This document shows, piece after piece, positions 45,818 to 55,219 of a stretch of DNA of 64,000 bases. The position numbers and the translations under genes were made by a program. Within the stretch, counting starts at the first letter, position 1; each line of letters starts with the position of its first letter. This DNA comes from Eledone cirrhosa (Eukaryota). The stretch lies in contig OZ024740.1 in NCBI GenBank assembly GCA_964016885.1, positions 57,598,001-57,662,000 of the forward strand, in the 5' to 3' direction. The notes beneath the pieces were generated by a model. The model searched no databases. It was not told the origin of the DNA and worked only from the letters and a program-made list of their open reading frames with translations.

Positions 45818-48350
45818 ATCATCATCATCGTTTAACGTCCCTGTTCCACGCTTGCATGGGTTTGGACGGGGGTTTTCCCACTTGAGGCAATAGAGGTTGT
45901 CTTGCTCGCATAGGACTGTCTGGCGGGTTTTCTACAGCTGGATGCCCTTCCTAACACCAACCACATTTACAGTGTGGGGCTGGGAGGTTTTTACCATGTT
46001 GCCTACATGGCCACATTACAGCGTGGACTGTCTGGCGTGTTTTCTACAGCTGGATGCCCTTCCTAACACCAACCACATTTACAGTGTGGGACTGGGAGGT
46101 TTTTACCGTGTTGCCTACATGGCCACATTACAGCGTGGACTGTCTGGCGTGTTTTCTACAGCTGGATGCCCTTCCTAACACCAACCACATTTACAGTGTG
46201 GGACTGGGAGGTTTTTACCGTGTTGCCTACACGGCCACATTACAGCGTGGACTGTGTGTTTTTTGTCGTGACACCTACACGATCTCATTTGTTTCGGCCT
46301 GGATGTTGTGGCACCAACATAACTTTGCATTGAAGGGGTTGGTGTGGATGGGGTGGGACGGGGGTGTATTTTGTTAGAGATGCCTACTGACTAGTAGGTT
46401 TTACTTTGTATTTAGGTAAGGCGGGTCTTCTCTGTTACTGAGTACCGCCAAAGGTCTCGGTCCAGTGACATTGTCTTGGAGAGGTGTAAGTGTGTGAGGT
46501 CGGAATTTATCAGCTCGTCCCAGGTTTTCCTGGGTCTGCTTACTCCGTGGCTACCATCTATCTTTATTGCCCTGCACTTTGTTATACAGCTGTCGTCTTT
46601 CATGCGCATCACGTGACCATACCAACGTAGCCTTCTCTCGAGTAAACAACATCTGATCCCTCTTATTTTTAATTTTTTCCTTAGTTCGTTTATGCTTTGC
46701 CGTTCACGTATATTACTATTACACATCCAGCCGAGCATGCAAGCTTTGTTCCTCTCTAGTCTGCGTATATCCTCTGCACACAATGCCCAGGTCTCACTGC
46801 CATGCAACATTGCTGTTCCTATGCAGGCATCATACAACCTGCCTTTCATTTTTAGGGAGAACCCTTTAGCGGCTAATAGTGGTATAAGCTCTCTGAACTT
46901 TTTCCATCCAGTTCTGACTCTAGCTACTGTACTTTCAGAGCACCCTCCCCCACTGCTGATTTTGTCACCCAGGTAACGGAAGCTGTCCACTATTTCTATA
47001 GAACCCTCTGCGCAATTGAAAGAGTTAGTATTTTGTAGGCACTTGCTGCTACTTATTGCATCAGAGCACCGGCCACATGTAAAATCTGTGTTCTTAGTTA
47101 GCTTACCTGTGATCCCACTACATCTTTTATGCACCCATACTTTGCATTTGGGACATAAAATGGAGTTTCTACCTACGCCTTTCCTACACACTGAGCATGG
47201 CCATTTCCCGGAGGGGACCGGCGCCTTATTTTCTTTCCTACAAACTAGAACTTTAGTCTTAGCCAGGTTAATTTTAAGGCCTTTTGATTCTAGGCCGTGC
47301 TTCCATGTTTGGAATTTCTTCTCTAGCTCGGCCATTGATTCAGCTATGAGCGTTAGATCATCTGCATATAGGAGTTCCCATGGGCAGCCGGACTTGAACT
47401 CCTCTGTTATAGCCTGAAGGGCAATAATAAATAGTAGGGGGCTAAGGACAGAGCCCTGATGGACACCAACTTTTACGCTAAACTCTTCACTATATTCGTT
47501 GTTAATTCTAACCTTGCCAACTGTTTCTTTATACATGGCTTGTATGGCTCTCACAAGCCATTCGTCAACACCTAGTTTTCTAAGAGCCCACCAGATAATG
47601 GAACGGGGGACTCTGTCGAAGGCTTTCTCCAAGTCGACAAAAGCTAAGTATAGGGGTTTACTTTTAGCTAGGTACTTCTCCTGTAGTTGTCGTACAATGA
47701 AAAGAACGTCTGTGGTACTTTTGCCTGACACAAACCTGAACTGCATTTCATCTAGATCAATTCTCTCTCTGATTAGTTGCGCTATTACTTTTTCCGTGAC
47801 CTTCATGACCTGGTCGATTAATTTAATGCCTCTATAGTTACTCCTATCTAGGGCGTCTCCTTTACCCTTGTAACAGTTAACGATGATGCTGCCACGCCAG
47901 TCCTTCGGAACAACCCCATTCTGTATGACTTGGTTTACTATCCGGGTGACCATGGTGTGTCCCACCGTACCGGAGGCTTTCAGCATCTCAGCAACTATTT
48001 CCGAAGGCCCAGCCGCCTTACCCGTCTTCATATCTTTGATTGCCTTACTTATTATACTACCTTCGACTAACACTGCTGGTCCCTCTACTGGGTTGATGTG
48101 GGGGAGACTGTCTTTCTCCCATTTATTCTCCTCATTTAGTAGCCTTTCGTAGTGACACTTCCAAGCTACCTTCTTATCAGCATCAGTGATGGCAAGTACG
48201 CCATCATCGTTAAGTACACACTTCTCCCCGACAATATCACAGTTTTCCTTGACACATTGCCTAGCAATCCTGAACACCTTACGTTTTTGGTCCTCGCATT
48301 GTAGAACATGCTTGAACTTTCTTTCCTCTGCTTCCCTTCTTGCGAAGTAT
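45818..48350 (-). mobile_element. 5'-truncated RTE subfamily A with triplicated 3' UTR segment
   Basis: Open RT frame 46412-~48350; (GAT)n tail. Confidence 0.95.
45913..46255 (-). repeat. 3 x 112-bp tandem repeat in RTE 3' UTR
   Basis: Units start at GGACTGT at 45913, 46025 and 46137; normal sequence resumes at 46249. Confidence 0.95.
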
Positions 48351-48395
48351 ACATACATATACATATATATATATACATATATATATACATATATA

Positions 48396-48845
48396 TTCTA
48401 TGAGACGTTAATGCTCACTACCTCCCAAATAACCGACAGTGACTACATAGTTATCGCTGGCGACCTAAATGGTCACATTGGACAACATTGTGATGGCTAT
48501 GACGGAATCCATGGAGGCTATGGGTTTGGTACTAGAAATGAGGAAGGCTCCAGAATCCTGGAATTCTGTGACGCAAATAACCTAACTATCTGTAACACTA
48601 ACTTCAAAAAACGAGACAATCACTTGATCACCTATAGATCGGGGGAACACAGAAGCCAGGTAGATTATATCCTTACCAGAAGACGTGACAGAGTGTCTGT
48701 TGTAAACACTAAATCCCTCCCCCCATGAAGAATGCACCTCTCAATATAGACTCATAATTAGCGACCTCATAGTCAGGACGAGACGTACTCGACAACAGAA
48801 GAGGACTATCCTCAGGAGAAAAATATGGAAGTTAAAGGACCCCAA
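48396..48845 (+). mobile_element. Inverted RTE-A endonuclease fragment
   Basis: FYETLML..GDLNGHIG..SQVDYIL; reverse complement of ~57435-57890. Confidence 0.92.
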
Positions 48846-49097
48846 AGCCAAACTGCATTTCATCTAGATCAATTCGCTCTCTGATTAGTTGCGCTATAAC
48901 TCTTTCTGTGACCTTCATGACCTGGTCAACTAACTTAATGCCTCTATAGTTTCCCCTATGTAGAGCATCCCCTTTACCCTTGTAGCAGTTAATGATGATG
49001 CTGCTATGCCAGTCTTTCGGTATGACCCCATTCTGTATTACTTGGTTAACAATACGGGTGACCATAGTGTGTCCCACCATACCAGATGCCTTCAGCA
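48846..49097 (-). mobile_element. RTE RT internal fragment
   Basis: LKASGMVGHT..DEMQFGF. Confidence 0.9.
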
Positions 49098-49099
49098 AC

Positions 49100-49227
49100 T
49101 ATATATTTATTTGGTTCCTTTATCGGTTTCGCAGTTGTGAGAAAAACCACAGACCGTCCATCTCAACTCTACTTTTGAAAAGCGGAAGAACTGCGAAACC
49201 GGTAAAGGAACCAAATAAATATATATA
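49100..49227 (+). mobile_element. TA-flanked mini element: HHR plus inverted copy of its 3' tail
   Basis: Inverted repeat 49101-49136 / 49189-49224 overlapping the HHR 3' half. Confidence 0.85.
49172..49207 (+). ncRNA. Minimal type I hammerhead ribozyme, U3:A8 variant
   Basis: ctt-TTGAAAA-gcgg-aagaa-ctgc-GAAA-ccg-GTA-aag; palindromic ACCGGT; stem I is short. Confidence 0.75.
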
Positions 49228-49340
49228 TTTTTTTTAAAAATAAGACTCCAGTTGCATTTTCAATTTCACCTTTTTTTATTTATACTTTCACTCGTGTAGG
49301 ACACCTCAGTTATTTTTCATTTTGTAAAAGAAAACCTCAC

Positions 49341-49378
<38 letters not shown>

Positions 49379-49381
<3 letters not shown>

Positions 49382-49610
49382 AAAAAGTATGACCCCGATG
49401 GCAGAGCTCAAGGCGTTTCGACGGCTATTTCTGGACTCTTTTTCCTATTTCCCACTCTACTACCCAAGTATTGAGTACTCTGGTGCGTTATGGTCCATCT
49501 GGTTCCTTGAGTACTTAATACTTGGGTAGTAGAGTGGGAAATAGGAAAAAGAGTCCAGAAATAGCCGTCGAAACGCCTTGAGCTCTGCCGTCGGGGTCAT
49601 ACTTTTTCCT
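49379..49610. mobile_element. TA-flanked fold-back palindrome (102-bp arms, 28-nt loop) related to the 50711 HHR
   Basis: Arm end gtccagaaatagccgtcgaaacgccttgagctctgccgtcggggtcatactttttcct matches 50763-50820. Confidence 0.92.
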
Positions 49611-49641
<31 letters not shown>

Positions 49642-49755
49642 AGTCCTATGCGAGCAAGACAACCACTCTTGCCTCAAGTGGGAAAACCCCCGTCCAAACC
49701 CATGCAAGCGTGGAATACGGACGTTAAACCTGATGATGATGATGATGATGATGAT
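49642..49755 (+). mobile_element. RTE-A 3' stub
   Basis: agtcctatgcgagcaagac..ggacgttaaacc(tga)n. Confidence 0.9.
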
Positions 49756-49776
49756 ACAAAGTGTTGAAACCATCAA

Positions 49777-49874
49777 ATTTTAGTTTAGAACATTTTTTAG
49801 CTGACAATTGTTTCTTCCAGAGGGAAGTCTGGAATCATCGGAGTATAAGGAATGTCGAAACATGTAACTAAAAT
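49777..49874 (+). ncRNA. Decayed long-stem-II hammerhead ribozyme (5' core lost)
   Basis: attttagt/actaaaat stem I, paired stem II, GAAA-cat-GTA intact; CUGANGA replaced by ttagaa. Confidence 0.55.
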
Positions 49875-50710
49875 CCTAGTCATTTAGAACATTTAGGTAC
49901 ATAATTGTTATTAGTGCCAAAGGCATCATGTGGAGAGTCAGGAGTTAAAAAGATGTTCTGCTTGAAAGAACACAATTACAGCCAGCACTGGTTGGAAGTG
50001 TAATAGGTATAATTAAAAAGCACAAGCAAAAAAATATCATAAGCTAGAAAAAACACAGGCAAAAAAGTTATAAGCAAGGAAAATTGGTGTACAATGCAGG
50101 AGTCGTCAATGCAGGAGTCGTCAATACAGTTAATAAGGCATGTATGAGGAAAGAGTTATAATTCAGTTGAAGTACACATATTTTGTGTGGGATGTTAAAG
50201 CATGTTATAATTGTTATAAGTGTTTAAGATAGTGTGCAATTTGTTATAACAATTATAACAATTATAACATCTAGCAACTCATTCTATAGCATTAGCCGAA
50301 ACTAAATATAGCAGCTGTGTTAGACTCCTTAGTTTTTGTTTTATTTCACTTCTCACTTTCCAATCTTATATTCTGATATATCTTTCTCTCATTTTTTATT
50401 ATATTCTTTTTTATTATATTTTTTCATTGTCCCCTAATCTCATTTGATTTACTTTTCTACAACGTCCCTCCTCCATTTTCTAAAGAAACCTTTTTTCGCC
50501 AACCTCCTCTGGCCTACTTTCATACACATTCCTTAGAATTTGCCGTAGATTTCACCTTCAATGCTTGACCGGCTCTACCCACTCCCCTATCGTTCTACAG
50601 GCAAGTTCAGCCACCCCACCCCACACCCACTGCCATGATAGATTTTCTGTGTCTGCCACAAACTTTGACCAATCCTCTTGACAACTACAATCTTCCCATA
50701 TAAGGAAGTA

Positions 50711-50806
50711 CCCCTTGAAAAGTTTGGCTATTTATTTACCAGACTAAAAAACTCTTACTTTAGTCCAGAAATAGCCATCGAAACGGCTTGAGCTCTGCCG
50801 TCGGGG
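50711..50806 (+). ncRNA. Type I hammerhead ribozyme, U3:A8 variant, extended stems II and III
   Basis: cccc-TTGAAAA-gtttggctattt..aaatagccatc-GAAA-cggc-ttgagctct-gcc-GTC-gggg; stem I extension ggaagta/tactttc; (TA)n follows at 50821. Confidence 0.88.
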
Positions 50807-50888
50807 TCATACTTTCTCCTATATATATATATATACACATACATATATGTACATATATATATCATCTTGATATATATATATATATATA

Positions 50889-51262
50889 CAGAAGACCCAA
50901 CTTCCCATGGGCACAAGCCAAAGCTGAAGCATATAGACAGTATGTCCACCACCCCCTCCCACTGTAAAGTGCTCAAAAAAGCACCCAGTCCACTCTGTAA
51001 AGTGGTCGTGTAGGAGACATAGCAAAAAGCACCCAGCACACACTGTAAATATGGTTGGCATTAGGAAAGGCATCCAGCCGTAAAAAGCTGGTCAGAAACA
51101 GTCCTATATGAGAGAAACACGGTTACCTGACTCAACTTGCCTCAAATGGGGCAAACCCATATAACCCACTCTAGCGTGGTAAATAGACGTTAAATGATGA
51201 TAATCATCATCATCATCATCTTTTAAACATTCATTTTCCATGCTAGCATGGGTTAGACGGGA
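50889..51262. mobile_element. Two RTE-B-type 3' ends, tail to tail
   Basis: Plus-strand tail 50889-51203 and minus-strand stub 51204-51262. Confidence 0.75.
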
Positions 51263-51269
51263 TATATAA

Positions 51270-51304
<35 letters not shown>

Positions 51305-53290
51305 CCAATACATATATAAATACACATACATATATGCACACACATATATATAAAATGCACCCAGTACACTCTGTAAAGTGGTTGGTATTAAGAAGGGCGC
51401 ACCATATATTGGATGCAACATGATCTCCTGTCCCAGTAGAGTTGATTAAATATTAATTTGGACTATAACAAATCATCCAGCTCATACCAGCATGAAACAA
51501 TGATATATAGTAAGCAATGTCAATTTGGAAAGGACAGGAGAAAAATGACTAGGCAGAGAAAAACTGAAAGTAAGCAGAGCCAAGTATTTGAGATTGTGAA
51601 TGAGAAATAGAGATACTGAGTAAGCATGTGAGAGAGAGAGAGAGAGAGAGAGAAGAAGAAGAACGAGCAATTAATTATAATTGGTAGGCAAGGAATGTGA
51701 GAAAAAGAAAAGTGGTTTGATATGAAGAGAAAGTATAAGAATGTCTGGGAAGGAAAATGAAAAATAAAAAAAGACTATACTATCTAAAAAGCCACTGAAT
51801 ATAGTTTAGTTTAAATTTTCATATAAGAATTGTTGATTTCTCAAACTAATATATATTTCACCTTGACATTGGCTATTGACATTTGTTTTTACTCTGAATC
51901 TCGTTAAATATAAAAGCAGTGTCTAAAAATAATTGATTTTAAATCTATTGCTTTTGGAAATAAATTTTATGTAAATTCAGAAATGTATATTGTAAATATT
52001 GATATTGAAAACGATTATAAGAAAAATAGAAAGTGATTTGCCTTTAATATAATTCAATTAAAGACAACACAAGACCTCTCCTGAGAACTGGAAAGAAATA
52101 CTGTGTTTTCTTTATATTATATATCATTGAAAATAAATTGTTAAAAGATCTTTGATGTTTGTTTATCAATATATTAAATAATAGTTAAATTAAAGATGTG
52201 TGTTTGTAGATATATTAAATAGAACCATCTGGAATATTATAGAGCTAAAGTAGTAGTGTATTTGCATGCCTGAATTGTTTAAGTGAAATTCATTTGAAAT
52301 GCATGAAAAATTATTTTGTTCAAATCCTATATCTGCAGCTATGTAGATAATAACAATTTCATTCAGCTTTGAATGACTGAAAGAATGAGTGAATGAATGA
52401 ATGGATAAATGTAGTGAAGTACTAAGAGACAGTCATTCATACATATAGGAGTAGTTAATAGCACCATCTTTATAGTGGATTGATTATTGACCTTTCAAAC
52501 TTTAATCTAATGAAGGTCAACTTCATTTCCACTATCTCCAGTAATTAATAGAAGGGGTACAGGTCAAAACAGTTATATGTAGCCAGTGGGAAATGTACAG
52601 GATTTTGATGTTAATGGTGTGGCAACATTAAATTTGCTGTATAAATTGGAAGCAGCAGCAAAAAAAATCAATTTTGAATGTAGCAAATCTATATCTTGTT
52701 ATAACACAGTTATCAGTTATCTAAAGAAATACCAAAATGAGTAAAAATTGAGCAATTGTATTTGCATTTTGTATATTCATGAACAATTTATAAATAAAAA
52801 TTGCATGTTATAGGTTATATAGCAGGATACAAATTACCTGTATTAGCAATTTATGACATTTATTTTTATATGTCCATCTTTACAGAGAAAAAAAAAAATC
52901 TATTTATTTGACAAAAAACATATTTTGTTCTTACACATCAAAGAAAACTATAGAATTCAAGAACTCATTTTACCAAGTTCTTTATAAATGAAAAAGCAAA
53001 TTAAAAAAACACAATGCTTCAATTCAAAAGATTCTTTAAAGCTTCAGGAAAATCGAGACCATAAATGATATTTTACAGGAATATATATATATCATCATCA
53101 TCAATGTTTATATATATATATCACCATCATCACCCTCATCGTTTATATGAGGATCCACTAAGGTGAAACAATTGTTCTCGGTATGGTGAACTAACTGTTG
53201 TGTAACCACTTCTACCTAACTCGTCCCATGGACTGAGTGCTCTACCACTACGGATATTACCTTCCAGTGTTCTACCACTATATATATATA

Positions 53291-54565
53291 CAGGGTGTGG
53301 ACGATATTTGTTCGCAATTTTCAACTGCAAATTTTTTTTACTTCCGTTCTCACTCTTGTCTTCATAAAAACAGTGACTATATTTCCATTATTTATTTTCA
53401 GAATAATTGATTATGAATATTTATGAACCTCCAAATTTGTGGAAGAAACACGGAGTTCTTCTTGGAATCCACGCCGGGAGGACAAATAAGGAAATTTCAG
53501 ACTTTCTCAGCGTCAGCAGGAGAATGGTGAAAAAGGTCAGAAAGGAATTGGAAGATTCAGGATTCAACTACGAAGCAACATCAAAGAGGAAAACACATGA
53601 TCGACGATCTGACGCCTCCAGAACGCTTGAGTTTGTCGCTGAAGTTCAGGATATCATCAACAATGACCCTAGCAAGTCGATGCGTGCCATTGCAAGGGAG
53701 AAATGCATGGATGAAAAGCTCATTAGGCTGGTGGTACATGAAGACATTCGCTACGTTTCATACAAGATGAGGAAAGGACAATTTCTGTCAAAGGCGATGC
53801 AAGAAAAGCAACTGAAGCACGCAAAGAAGCTAATCAACAAGTTGAAACACCCACTGGAGCCAGACATGCTGTGGTTTTTCTCCGACAAGAAAAACTTCTG
53901 CCAAGACCAGAAGATCAACTCCCAGAACAACAGGTGGCTTGCTGTTTCATCCAGAGTCATGCAGACAAAGTTTTCAGCAACAACATTGGTCTTAGGTGTC
54001 GTCAGCAGTCAAGTTGACGTCATGCCACCTCACTTCTTCCCTGAGGGTCTCAAGCTGAACACTGATGGCTACATCCGCGTTCTAAGTGAGGTAGTAAAGC
54101 CCTGGATTGACTAGGTAGCTGCAGGTAGGCCGTACATGTGGCAGCAAGACTCAGCGCCCTGCCATACCAGCCGAAAGACCCAAGCCTGGCTGTCAGAGAA
54201 CTTCGTCGACCACACTTCACCTGACAGCTGGCCTCCCAGCTTGCCTGACTGCAACCCCCTCGACTTCTTTGTGTGGGGCGCAGTGGAACGAGACACCAAA
54301 AGATCTAGCTGCAATACGAAAGACGATTTGAAGGCCAGGATCACAAGTGCCTTTAGGGGCCTAAGTCGGGGGACAGTGACGAAGGCCTGTAGCCGGTTCC
54401 GAGGTGGCCTTGAGGCCGTCATCAAAACGAATGGCGGGTTTATCGAGTGAGATCGAAAGAACAAGTCATGAAGACAAGCTGACTCAAGTTTGATAAATAT
54501 ATCTTAAAAAATGTGTTATTTTTTCCTAGACAGTAATCTTGCGAACAAATATCGTCCGCACCCTG
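53291..54565 (+). mobile_element. Tc1/mariner DD37D (maT) transposon, full length
   Basis: 27-bp TIRs cagggtgtggacgatatttgttcgcaa / ttgcgaacaaatatcgtccgcaccctg; TA flanks. Confidence 0.95.
53413..54450 (+). pseudogene. DD37D transposase with in-frame stop
   Basis: [23 protein letters not shown] with 37 residues between the second and third Asp; TAG at 54112-54114. Confidence 0.92.
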
Positions 54566-54681
54566 TATATATATGTATATATATATATATATATAGTAAT
54601 AATATTAAATTTGAAGACTAAAATCCAAAGAGGGCTCGATAAGGATAAATATATATAAAATATATAAGAAACGTAGAGCAA

Positions 54682-54818
54682 ATATTTATTAAAATAACAG
54701 ATTAAAGTTTAAGCAAAGAATCGCTGCTTTCATCCTTAACGAGATCTTCAGAAGATCCCGTTAAGTGTGAAAGCAGCGATTCTTTGCTTAAACTTTAATC
54801 TGTTATTTTAATAAATAT
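54682..54818. mobile_element. Fold-back palindrome centred on an HHR-like core
   Basis: 68-bp arms meeting at gatcttc-a-gaagatc; minus strand reads CTGAAGA-tctcgttaaggat-GAAA; AATAAA then (TA)n. Confidence 0.8.
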
Positions 54819-55219
54819 ATATATATATATATATCATCATCACCGTTTAACGTCCGTGTTCCACGCTTGCATGGGTTTGGACGGGGGTAGTCCCACTTGA
54901 GGCAAGAAGAGTGATTGTCTTGCTCACATAGGACTGTCTGGCAGGTTTTCTACAGTTGGATGCCCTTCCTAACACCAACCACATTTACAGTGTGGGTCTG
55001 GGAGGTTTTTACCGTGTTGCCTACACGGCCACATTACAGCGTGGACTGTGTGTTTTTTGTCATGACACCTACACGATCTCATTTGTTTCGGCCTGGATGG
55101 TGTGGCACCAACATAACTTTACATAGAACGGGGTGGTGTGGATGGGGTGGGGGTGGTGGGACGGGGGGGGGGTATTTTGTTAGAGATGCCTACTGGCTGT
55201 AGTAGGTTTTACTATGTAT

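Noticed and set aside
45913-46255. CRISPR-like regular repeats
   Set aside because: Full tandem duplications without unique spacers; eukaryotic context and no cas genes.
53138-53180. HHR-like atgagga..GAAA-caattg-TT
   Set aside because: C3 missing and stems I and II pair poorly.
54633-54680. HHR-like gctc-gataa..GAAA-c-GTA-gagc
   Set aside because: 5' core lacks two nucleotides and stem II is only TA repeat; could be chance.
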